Positions 10,007 through 18,461 of a stretch of 64,000 nt of DNA are shown one piece after another. The position numbers and the translations under genes were made by a program. The stretch spans positions 19,677-83,676 of the forward strand of contig CAZCLE010000002.1 of NCBI GenBank assembly GCA_964499445.1, written 5' to 3'. The notes under the pieces were generated by a model. It was given only the letters and a program-made list of their open reading frames with translations, had not been told where the DNA came from and did no database searches. This stretch comes from an uncultured Dehalococcoidales bacterium. GTDB taxonomy: Bacteria > Chloroflexota > Dehalococcoidia > Dehalococcoidales > GCA-2688105. How positions within the stretch are numbered: the first letter of the stretch is position 1; each line of letters opens with the position of its first letter.

Positions 10007-10981
10007 TCACACCAGCCCCTGCTTTTTGAAGTAGAAGATAAATCCCTCGACAATCATCCCCATCTCCAACCCCTCCCCACTGGCACCAAGCTGGCGGGAA
10101 ATGTATTCCTGGATTCGGTGAGTAATAGCCTCAGTAGTCTCCCCGCTCCTCAGGGCTTTCAGGATTATATCACCAAAAATCCTGGTGTTTTCGGCGGCAG
10201 TGGAGATGAGCTCCTCCGGCTGGTTACCTACTCCGTCGTGCGAATAGAAAAGAACCCGGGGATGGAGTTCCCTTAATCTTTCCATAGTCTCCAGGTAGAC
10301 CTCTATATCAAAGCTTGGTGGGGCGGCAACCGGTACTGGTGATGATTCTGCCCCCGGCATTGGCACCCCGAGGGCTTCTCCACAAAAAAGACCCCTTGTC
10401 TTCCTATCGAAGATAGCCATGTGATGGCTGGCATGGCCTGGGGCATAGATTATCTGGAGTTCCCTACCATCAACGGAAATTGTCTCCCCATCTTCAGGAA
10501 TCTTTAACTGGGATTCGGGGACGGGGAGAATGGAGCCGTAGTAGACCTCAAAATCATCGCCAAAGGACATTCTGGAACTCTCAATCAAGCGGGAGGGATT
10601 GACCACGTGCTTTGCTCCCCGGGGATGAATCACTACTTTAGCCTGAGGAAAAAGTTGAGCCAGGCTGCCTATCGCCCCGGCGTGGTCTAGGTGAATATGG
10701 GTGGGGATAATATAAGCCGGCTCTTTCATCCCCAATTGTTTCATCGCCTCCTGAATTGAAGGAAGAATGGCTGTGGGACCGGGCTCTATCACTACCCCTC
10801 TTGTCTCATGGATGAGATACGCTGCAAAGATAGTATTAACCTTGGGTATCCATACTTCTACTCGGTATGTCCCTTCGGCTACTTCCTCCATTTTTATCAT
10901 TACCTCCTCTGCTTTGGTGGTATGGAAGCTTGATAAATTTTTGGCTTCAACTGGAGTTGCGTAATGGGCGTAGCTAAACAA
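10007..10981 (-). CDS. MBL-fold metallo-hydrolase
   Basis: 324 aa. Contains the HxHxDH motif (PTHIHLDHAG) and downstream HASHH and D/H ligands. Confidence 0.8.
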   Translation of the reverse strand: MFSYAHYATPVEAKNLSSFHTTKAEEVMIKMEEVAEGTYRVEVWIPKVNTIFAAYLIHETRGVVIEPGPTAILPSIQEAMKQLGMKEPAYIIPTHIHLDHAGAIGSLAQLFPQAKVVIHPRGAKHVVNPSRLIESSRMSFGDDFEVYYGSILPVPESQLKIPEDGETISVDGRELQIIYAPGHASHHMAIFDRKTRGLFCGEALGVPMPGAESSPVPVAAPPSFDIEVYLETMERLRELHPRVLFYSHDGVGNQPEELISTAAENTRIFGDIILKALRSGETTEAITHRIQEYISRQLGASGEGLEMGMIVEGFIFYFKKQGLV

Positions 10982-11239
10982 CTTAGGCTCAACTTATTCA
11001 ATGGGCACTATAAGCCAGCGGTGGCATCTTGTCAATCCGTCTCAGGAGCTTTTATGGTCCGCTGCTTTCTTCCCAGCCTCAGTCCTTGGGGCGGTGAAAC
11101 CAGGCCTCGTCTGTTTAGGGCTCAATATAGTAAATATCATCCCTTACCTATTACTTAACATTTTGTCACAATAGGGTTATTATAAACGCTGAAACTGGCA
11201 TTGCCAGACTTTTGATGAGCAGGTAGAGGCAAAGCTGAG

Positions 11240-12472
11240 TTGAAGATAAAATTGATTACCCTGGCCAGTCTAGCATTAGTTTGTTTCCTTGGCGGAGGTT
11301 GTGCTCATTCCCTGGATTTCGATAATCGCCTGAGCTCAATCGTCGAACCATATAGCTTTAGTATTGTGGAATGGGAGTCAAGGGCTATATCACGGGAAGC
11401 AAATCAATGGCTTTTCGGTAAGGATGAAAAGATTGATGATGAAATCCACGTAGTCATGGAGTATTTCTCCTCTGGTGAGCGGATAAAAACCCTGGAATCC
11501 GAATTAGAAGCCATCAATGCCGGTGAAGGGCAGGGCAACCCGACTTCAATCGAAGCCGAGCTAAATATATTACAAGAGCGAAGGATAGCTTTAAAGGAAA
11601 TGGTGGAGAGGATAATAGAGAAGCAGGTAAAAGAAACGCTGGTTCAAGAGGGCATCTTCCATCCAATAGATGAATACATAAGGTTAAAGGTTAGCTTTCC
11701 GCCAATAAATTTCAAGCTGGAGAAACCACCCCATTTGCTGGTGATTTCACCTAGGGAAAAAATAGAGAGCATGAGAGAAATTACCCTGCAGACGAACATT
11801 AGCCTGGAGGAAATAGAGGGGATTGAATCCGAGGCTGATAAGTTAGGCGTCTCATCACTGGTGGTAGAACTCGGTGGTCTGGGAGCGACATATCCCAGCT
11901 TGGTTACCACTGACGCTGACCTGGAGTTTACTATTGATACGGCGACTGAGGAGTGGCTGCATCAATATCTGGTTTTCAAGCCGTTAGGTTTTCTATACTT
12001 ACTGGATTTAATCGGTGTGTCCAGAAATTATGAAATTGCCACCATAAATGAGACCTTAGCCAGTATGGTCAGCGATGAAATTGGGTCTATCGTATGCCAG
12101 AAATACTACTCTCAGTATGAAAATAACGGTGCTCGCCAGAACCAGGAAGCAGAGGCAGGATTTGACTTCAACCGGGAAATGAGGGAGATAAGACGGGCGG
12201 TTGACAATTACCTAGCCCAGGGAGAAATTGAGCAGGCTGAAGAATTTATGGAACAGAAACGGCAATATTTAGCTTCAAGGGGCTATTATATTAGGAAACT
12301 AAATCAAGCCTATTTTGCCTTTCACGGGACATATGCTGATGACCCAACCTCTATTAGCCCCATCGGGCTTGAGTTAAAGGAATTAAGAAGTCGGAGTGCC
12401 TCACTCAAGGATTTTCTAAATACGGTCGCCGCTATGACCAGCCGCCAGGACCTGATAGACAGCATCAAATAA
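11240..12472 (+). CDS. Hypothetical lipoprotein
   Basis: 410 aa with a TTG start. Signal peptide with lipobox: MKIKLITLASLALVCFLGGGC. I recognise no other domain. Confidence 0.55.
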   Translation: MKIKLITLASLALVCFLGGGCAHSLDFDNRLSSIVEPYSFSIVEWESRAISREANQWLFGKDEKIDDEIHVVMEYFSSGERIKTLESELEAINAGEGQGNPTSIEAELNILQERRIALKEMVERIIEKQVKETLVQEGIFHPIDEYIRLKVSFPPINFKLEKPPHLLVISPREKIESMREITLQTNISLEEIEGIESEADKLGVSSLVVELGGLGATYPSLVTTDADLEFTIDTATEEWLHQYLVFKPLGFLYLLDLIGVSRNYEIATINETLASMVSDEIGSIVCQKYYSQYENNGARQNQEAEAGFDFNREMREIRRAVDNYLAQGEIEQAEEFMEQKRQYLASRGYYIRKLNQAYFAFHGTYADDPTSISPIGLELKELRSRSASLKDFLNTVAAMTSRQDLIDSIK

Positions 12473-12486
12473 TCATAGCCATGTTC

Positions 12487-12891
12487 TTATTTTCCCACGA
12501 CTTCAATGATGCCGGCGGTGGCATCGACCTTTACATAATCCCCGGTTTTTATCAGCTCAAATACATTCTTCTCCGGTCTATCCACAGTAGGAATCTTGGT
12601 AATGATAACCGCGCCCGATAAGATGGGCTCACTCTCCAGGCATATCATAGCCGCGGGTGCGTTATTGTTTTGTTTTGCCGCCCAGGCGGCAGAATCACCG
12701 GCACTGGACCCCTTGCCGGTAGTGAACACAAACACCTTACCGACCAGGCTTGTACCCTCTAATTGGTGCCGCGGCATAGGAACCTTACCGGTAGCCGGGT
12801 CTAAATCACCGAGGAAGGAGAACGGCCCGTTATAGACCACCGCTTCCCCTTCTGCCTTACCAGCGCTTATCATGTGAGCTTTTATTTCCAT
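12487..12891 (-). CDS. Aconitase X swivel-domain subunit (DUF126), copy 1
   Basis: I prefer the ATG at 12891 (MEIKAHMISAGKAEGEAVVYNGPFSFLGDLDP...). That start overlaps the large-subunit stop in ATGGAAATAA. TGKGSS and EPILSGA motifs are shared with the second copy at 51728. Confidence 0.75.
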   Translation of the reverse strand: MEIKAHMISAGKAEGEAVVYNGPFSFLGDLDPATGKVPMPRHQLEGTSLVGKVFVFTTGKGSSAGDSAAWAAKQNNNAPAAMICLESEPILSGAVIITKIPTVDRPEKNVFELIKTGDYVKVDATAGIIEVVGK

Positions 12892-14141
12892 TTTGGTATC
12901 TCTCCTTTCCATTTACCGGTGATGGCAGCATTGACGCATTCTTCGTCGGTACCAAAAAAGACTTTGACCTTGCTTACCGTGGCTAGGTAGTGAGCACTTC
13001 GGGCTGAGTTGGTAGCGGCGCTCTTCGCCTGCTTATCGCCGGCGATATCACTGCGGGTGAAGGGATTGTTTATAGATGGGCAGACACATTGGAAATACCC
13101 ACCGGCTTTTTCGATAATGTCGGCCCAACCTTGCCGTCTGGCTAGAGCTTCAACCGGCGCTGAAGCTCCTATTATCATTGTGGTCTTGATTTTTTTGCCC
13201 TCTAATAACTCGGCAACTCGACCTATCTCATCAATGGTGGCATGAGGGCAACCGAAAGCCACGTGCTCCACTATATCATTATCCCAGACGTTTAACCTTT
13301 CCCAGGTTTTGGTCATCTCCTGTTTCCCCACCTTTATCACCTGCTCAGGCCTCTTTTTCCCCAGAGCTGCCTCTAAGGTGGGAGCCTCCGGGGTAGTCCC
13401 TACTATATGAGCCAGGGTTACTGCTCCTGATGTCGGCATTGAGACCACCAGTGCCCGGGCAAAATCGAAAGGAAGGTTAGACGGCAGCCCAGTTATCGCC
13501 ACGGGTTTGAACCCGGGTATCTGGTCGCCAATGTAGTAGCCCAGGCAGTGATAATGAGGAATACCCCAATCGCTTATATCCAGACCATCCAGCTCCGCCA
13601 GGTGACTAGCATATCTATTCTCGGGCAATAGTATGCCCATCAGCGGTGTCCGTCCGCAGACCGCCGCCGCCAGGGAAATCAAAATACCCATCCTGTCTAC
13701 CCTTGCCCCGAACAGGCTGTTATTGGTAACCTGCATACAACTGCCACCCATGGAGACGATATCACCCTTGCGTGGCATGATGCCAATGAGATACTCGGCA
13801 CAGGTCTCGGTGCGCAGCCAGCCCAACTCCAAGTATTTCTTAAGCTTCTTCTCATGTGGGCCTAGCCAGTTGTCAGCCAGGGGTAGTCCCCATTTTTTCC
13901 ATTCTTCGGGGTCGAAGGAAGGATGAGTGGTAACCCGGTGTGGTGTTTTTTTAACCCCCTCAGTCAAAAGGTCCCAGTAATCCACAGGAGAAAAATCGTA
14001 GCTAGTGTGAGCATAAGCGGTTTGAACCAGCTTTTCGGCATCGGCTGATTCGCCTAACTTTATTAATAGGTCTATAGACCTCTGTGTCCCGGGGCCATAT
14101 TCCCCGGCCAGCATCCTTGTCTCTTCATCAGTGAGTAGCAT
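12882..14141 (-). CDS. Aconitase X catalytic subunit (DUF521), copy 1
   Basis: 419 aa. Motifs: LTDEETRMLAGEYG, FGCPH, ATNSARSAHY, AITGKW. It is paralogous to 50453-51727. Confidence 0.8.
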   Translation of the reverse strand: MLLTDEETRMLAGEYGPGTQRSIDLLIKLGESADAEKLVQTAYAHTSYDFSPVDYWDLLTEGVKKTPHRVTTHPSFDPEEWKKWGLPLADNWLGPHEKKLKKYLELGWLRTETCAEYLIGIMPRKGDIVSMGGSCMQVTNNSLFGARVDRMGILISLAAAVCGRTPLMGILLPENRYASHLAELDGLDISDWGIPHYHCLGYYIGDQIPGFKPVAITGLPSNLPFDFARALVVSMPTSGAVTLAHIVGTTPEAPTLEAALGKKRPEQVIKVGKQEMTKTWERLNVWDNDIVEHVAFGCPHATIDEIGRVAELLEGKKIKTTMIIGASAPVEALARRQGWADIIEKAGGYFQCVCPSINNPFTRSDIAGDKQAKSAATNSARSAHYLATVSKVKVFFGTDEECVNAAITGKWKGEIPKWK

Positions 14142-14426
14142 GGTAACTCTCCTTTCCTCGCATTATGTTCGTTCGCATGATTAGCCACGCATTATACCAC
14201 CCGCTCGTTATTAAGTTTTTGTTTCCTCTCAACCTTTTCCAGTATTGCCTATTCCAGCCGCTGCTCTGGGGTCTTCTTCTGGATGACGGCAGTCACGAAA
14301 ACAACTGTAGCGCCTGGCTAGAGAAATGTCAACGGGTGCAGGGGTCAAAAGGGGGGAACTTTTAAGAATGGAGTTCCTACCACCTTATCATTTACCATAA
14401 AATTCGGTATAGAGTCAACAAACTCC

Positions 14427-14466
14427 TGACAAGCTCTTGACAAACTTTTGACAAATCCCCTATAAT
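14427..14466 (+). promoter_or_regulatory. Consensus promoter preceded and overlapped by three phased TGACAA repeats
   Basis: TTGACA (14437-14442), 18-nt spacer, TATAAT (14461-14466). TGACAA occurs at 14427, 14438 and 14449, which is exactly 11-bp phasing. Confidence 0.55.
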
Positions 14467-14529
14467 TACGGAAAGGTCAAGGATTTCCAACATCAAGTAA
14501 GGAGAGTTAACATAAACGCTAAAGAACGT

Positions 14530-15519
14530 GTGATGGCGGTATTGAACCGTCAAAAACCGGACCGTATGCCCTGCTTTACTGCCAACTCGACTATAACCTA
14601 CGACCAAATGGAAAAGGTGGGCGCCTTCTGGCCGGAAGGGCATGAAAAGGCAGAAGCCATGGCTAAACAGGCTATGGCTGCCTATACCGTACTAGGCTTT
14701 GATGTGGTAAGGGCCCCCTTCTGTCAGACCATGGAGGCTGAGGCTCTTGGTTGTCCCATAAAGTCCGGCGGCGAGAAAGGTATCCCCGGTATGGCACATC
14801 CAGAGGCATATTCACTAGATGATACCCCGGTGATTCCCGACGACTTTCTGTCACGGGGGAGAATACCGGAACTACTCAAGGCAATTACAATAATGAAGAA
14901 GGAACTGGGGGATGAGGTACTCATTGAGGGTGGAATTATCGGACCCTTCTCCATTGCCGCTTCTATGTTAGGGGTGACAAAAACACTGAAAGCTACCGTT
15001 AAGGCACCGGATAAGCTTCTCCCCTTCCTGGATGTAGCCGAAAGGGCAGGAACCATGTTAGCCCATGCCCTTATTGATGCCGGCGCCGACATCATCTCCA
15101 ATGAGGATATGAGTGCTTCTCCCGCTATTATAATGCCTAATAGTTACCATGACTTGGTATATGAATTCCAAGTCAAGCAGTTTGCGGAGATAAAGGTTCC
15201 CAAGATACTTCATATCTGTGGTGACGTGGGGCAGACCATAGAGTGGGAGGCGAAGAGCGGCCCCGAAATTTTGAGTATAGAACCTGCCACTGACCTAAAG
15301 AAAGCCAGAGAAAAAGTTGGAGAGAAGCCCATCTTTATGGGCGGGGTAGACACGGCTAATGTATTGTTTATGAAAGATGTAGAAACAGTAAAAGCGGAAT
15401 GCAGAAAGTCTATAGAGGCGGGTATTCAGATATTGGCTCCGGGCTGCGCCGTAGCCCCGGGTACACCCATAGAAAACCTTATGGCTATGGTGGAAGTAGC
15501 CAAAAGTTATACAAGTTAA
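14530..15519 (+). CDS. MtaA/CmuA-type corrinoid methyltransferase (URO-D family), paralog 1
   Basis: 329 aa. Motifs: DRMPCF, Zn ligands LHICGD and APGCAV. The conserved N-terminal KERV motif lies upstream of the called GTG, so the real start may be a non-canonical ATA at 14512 (see findings). Confidence 0.8.
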   Translation: MMAVLNRQKPDRMPCFTANSTITYDQMEKVGAFWPEGHEKAEAMAKQAMAAYTVLGFDVVRAPFCQTMEAEALGCPIKSGGEKGIPGMAHPEAYSLDDTPVIPDDFLSRGRIPELLKAITIMKKELGDEVLIEGGIIGPFSIAASMLGVTKTLKATVKAPDKLLPFLDVAERAGTMLAHALIDAGADIISNEDMSASPAIIMPNSYHDLVYEFQVKQFAEIKVPKILHICGDVGQTIEWEAKSGPEILSIEPATDLKKAREKVGEKPIFMGGVDTANVLFMKDVETVKAECRKSIEAGIQILAPGCAVAPGTPIENLMAMVEVAKSYTS

Positions 15520-15891
15520 TCAAAACCTTCACCGGTTTTGCCGAGATTAATTTATTGATAATCTATAATAACATTGCCAGAAGGAGGTAAGGCAGGGAAA
15601 AGAAGAGTATAAAGCGTGGGTCAAAAATACATGACTAAACCGGTAAGTTGACCTGTATATTAAGAATAGCAATGGCTATAATGTCTATATAGAACCCAGG
15701 TAAACGTGCTCTAATATATAATAAGAAACAAGAAGAATTTTGGACATAGTCTACAGGTAGTAAAAAGATTTTTGAGCAGAAAGGTATCATGTAGGCGAAA
15801 ACCTTAAGCGGATTTTTGGGTTATTAAGTACTTTAATATTTAGTACTTAGTTTACATAAATCCGCTCGTTGTTTATTATGGGCCAGAATAA

Positions 15892-16071
15892 TGGCTTGAC
15901 AAAAATTTAAGATGTGGTAAAGTAATATACAATTCGCCATCTGACAAAGAATTGAAATGTGGTAGAGTAATATAAAATTAGCCACTTGACAAAAAACTGA
16001 GGTATGGTAAAATAGCGCACAATTTGCCGCTTAACAAAAAACTGAGGTGTGACAGGTTAACATAAGTTTAT
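15892..16071 (+). repeat. Four tandem 45-bp direct repeats, each a -35 / extended -10 promoter-like module
   Basis: The hexamers TTGACA 15896, CTGACA 15941, TTGACA 15986 and TTAACA 16031 have a period of exactly 45 bp. Each is followed after 16 nt by TAAAGT, TAGAGT, TAAAAT or CAGGTT, and these are preceded by TGg (TGa in unit 4). Confidence 0.8.
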
Positions 16072-16169
16072 TCTCTAAAGCCATAATTAAACACGAAAGG
16101 AGGTGATACCCAAGAAGATAAATTTAAAGATAAATAGGAGCAAGCTATTTATTAAAAAGGAGGAAAAAA

Positions 16170-17552
16170 ATGGCTAGAAAACCAACTACTGCAATGGCAT
16201 ATAAGAGCGGCGATGAGATGATTTTCGGAACTACCAAGTTCCCGGTTACCAGCAAGAGGGGAATTAAGTACGGTGGAGGCTATGTCCATCCTACGATAAA
16301 ACCTCATCCCAGACCGGGCACCGAAAAGACCAAGAAGACCCTGATGCGGGAGTATGAAAAGATGAACTTCGATGCCCTGGAAAGAATGGTCATCGTGGGA
16401 CATCCTACTCTTGTGGTCGAGAATGAGCACGTCTTCCAGATGACTCATACCCCCGACTGGGGTGCCGATATCGCCGCCCTGACAGCTAGGATGATGGACG
16501 ATTTGCAGGCTAAATATGGGCTGAAGTCCGCTTATACGGCGACTATAGCCGACCTGCGCAGGCCAGAGAGCGTACACATGCGGACAAGCGATTATACCAA
16601 GGAAATCATTGAATCCTTTAAGGCGTGCTCCAAGTATGCCGACCATGTTTCCATTGAGTCCATGGGTGGTAAGGAAGTATTTGACTATGCCCTCATCCGC
16701 CAGGATATGGCGGGTATTTTATTTGGCATAGGTTATCTGGGCTCTAGAGACATGGAGTGGATGTGGGACCAGATTGTGGCTATTTGTAAGCAGAATAACT
16801 GCATTCCCGGCGGGGACACCAACTGCTCAGAGGCTAACACTGCCATGTTCATGGCAGGGGGTATGACATCCAAGGATGTGCCTCATGTATATGCCGCTCT
16901 AGCCCGTGCTATTTCGGCGGCAAGGACTATGGTAGCCTATGAGTGTGGTGCTACTGGACCTACCAAGGACTGTGCCTATGAGGATCCCATTGTCAAAGCC
17001 ATGACTGGAGTTCCTATCACCACCGAGGGCAAAACTAGTGCTTGCGGGCACTCCGACTTGGCCAGCAACCTGATTGCTGCCGTATGTGACCTTTGGAGCA
17101 ACGAGGCCGTGGAATATCACGATATGTTCGGTGCTACCACTACCTCGGTCTTCGCCGAGATACTCGGTTATGATTGCGCTCAGTTCAACTGCGCCATCGA
17201 CTTGGGTTTGGCGAAAGAGATGCAAACTATCCTGGTCAACTCTGACGCATATCGGGATTCCCACAGCCTGATTCTGGTGCCCGATAATGCCTGGGCGATA
17301 GGTAACGCCATCGTCAGCAACACGGCTAAGGGATACTACACCAGAGCCAGAGCCGGAGCCATGAAGGCAGGTAGTATCATCCTGGCTGATGCCAAGATGA
17401 AATTGACCGCCTTTGAAAAAGATGCCCTAGAGGATGCAATGAAGCAGATGGAGGCTCTGCCCGAGGATGAAGGAACCTTTGTCGATATGTGTATGAAGAA
17501 ATACACGAAGTTAGTGCCAGGCTTTAATCCTGATTCCTATGGATTGAAATAG
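16170..17552 (+). CDS. mtaB: Methanol:corrinoid methyltransferase
   Basis: 460 aa and collinear with my recollection of Methanosarcina MtaB. Motifs: AYKSGDEMIFG, SIESMGGKEVFDYA, GGDTNCSEANTAMF, GPTKDCAYED, EGKTSACGHSD, WSNEAVEYH, NPDSYGL. The Glu/Cys/Cys zinc-ligand contexts are conserved. Strong SD. Confidence 0.9.
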   Translation: MARKPTTAMAYKSGDEMIFGTTKFPVTSKRGIKYGGGYVHPTIKPHPRPGTEKTKKTLMREYEKMNFDALERMVIVGHPTLVVENEHVFQMTHTPDWGADIAALTARMMDDLQAKYGLKSAYTATIADLRRPESVHMRTSDYTKEIIESFKACSKYADHVSIESMGGKEVFDYALIRQDMAGILFGIGYLGSRDMEWMWDQIVAICKQNNCIPGGDTNCSEANTAMFMAGGMTSKDVPHVYAALARAISAARTMVAYECGATGPTKDCAYEDPIVKAMTGVPITTEGKTSACGHSDLASNLIAAVCDLWSNEAVEYHDMFGATTTSVFAEILGYDCAQFNCAIDLGLAKEMQTILVNSDAYRDSHSLILVPDNAWAIGNAIVSNTAKGYYTRARAGAMKAGSIILADAKMKLTAFEKDALEDAMKQMEALPEDEGTFVDMCMKKYTKLVPGFNPDSYGLK

Positions 17553-17690
17553 AAGTAGAGGACATTAGAAACATTGGTTCTGGGCCCACCCGGTAAAACT
17601 TTTGGTTATGTGAAAGTAGTCAAAAAGAAGCAGAATTAGGGGTGGCTTTCCTAGAATCACTTAGAATCAATTGATAAAAAGGAGGGAAGC

Positions 17691-18440
17691 ATGAAATTCT
17701 TGGCTGATTATTCTAATATTTTCAGACGCTACGACCTTGAGACTGAGGTGAAAAAGGAAGCGGCACGTAAAATCTCCAGTGACGCTGCTTTACAAGGGGT
17801 TGGCACTTTAGTTGTTGAAGGCGAAGCGGAAGACATTGAGCCAGCAGTCAAAAAGGCATTAGAGTCCAAAGACCCCATGACTGTTATTACTGATGGACTT
17901 ATCGCTGGCATGAATGAAGTGAGCCGTCTGTGGGATGAGGGCGTTTATTTTCTGCCCCAGGTTATTCTGGCCGCGGATGCCATGAACGCCGGCATCGTCC
18001 TATGCGAGAAGAAGATGGGCAAGCCCATGGCGAGGAAGGGTAAAGTGGTTACCCACACTGCTGAGGGTGATATTCACGACATCGGTCAGATTATCGCCAA
18101 CGCCCTTTTCAATGCTGGTGGTTTTGAAGTTATCAATCTGGGGTGTGATTGTCCGGTAGATACGGTTGTAGCCACAGTTAAGAAGGAGAAACCGCTTCTG
18201 GTTACCGGAACAGCCCTGATGACCACCACTATGACTGCTTTTCCGAAGATTTGCCACCAGCTTCAGGAAGCGGGGATAAACACCCCCTTTATCAGTGCTG
18301 GGGGAGCAGTCGCCGAAGAATGGTCAACCTCTTTTCCGCTGAGTATTTGGGGCAAAGAGGATTCCCAGTCAGTGCCACTGGCTGAAGATGCCCTAGGCGG
18401 TATGAGTTGGGAGGATATGCGGTCAAAGTGGAACGGATAA
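17691..18440 (+). CDS. mtaC: Methanol-type corrinoid protein (B12-binding, His-on)
   Basis: 249 aa. A helical cap domain precedes a Rossmann domain carrying the DxHxxG motif (EGDIHDIGQ). It lies immediately downstream of mtaB. Confidence 0.85.
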   Translation: MKFLADYSNIFRRYDLETEVKKEAARKISSDAALQGVGTLVVEGEAEDIEPAVKKALESKDPMTVITDGLIAGMNEVSRLWDEGVYFLPQVILAADAMNAGIVLCEKKMGKPMARKGKVVTHTAEGDIHDIGQIIANALFNAGGFEVINLGCDCPVDTVVATVKKEKPLLVTGTALMTTTMTAFPKICHQLQEAGINTPFISAGGAVAEEWSTSFPLSIWGKEDSQSVPLAEDALGGMSWEDMRSKWNG

Positions 18441-18461
18441 CGAGATAAAGAAAGGCAGAGG

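Noticed and set aside
9724-10276. ORFs 9724-10053(-) and 9923-10276(+) in and around the MFS/MBL spacer
   Set aside because: They have no SD and Arg/Ser/Pro-rich, low-complexity translations. One overlaps the 3' end of the MBL gene in antisense. I treat the 337-bp gap as non-coding.
15892-16071. The 45-bp tandem repeats as a CRISPR array
   Set aside because: The units are contiguous with no unique spacers. Unit sequences drift like ordinary tandem repeats, each unit reads as a promoter, and no cas genes are in the window.
16152-16646. Long antisense ORFs inside well-supported genes, for example 16152-16646(-), 8678-9157(+), 26016-26504(-), 31010-31597(-), 36269-36796(+), 48043-48528(-), 53083-53592(-) and 54082-54456(-)
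   Set aside because: Each lies wholly within a gene on the opposite strand that has strong family motifs. Their translations are low-complexity (Pro/Ser/Arg-rich) with no SD, so they are typical shadow ORFs.
17652-17669. The direct repeat TAGAATCA x2 (10-bp spacing) in the mtaB-mtaC spacer as a regulatory site
   Set aside because: It is only two short AT-rich copies inside an operon-internal spacer just before the mtaC SD. That is too little information to distinguish from chance.
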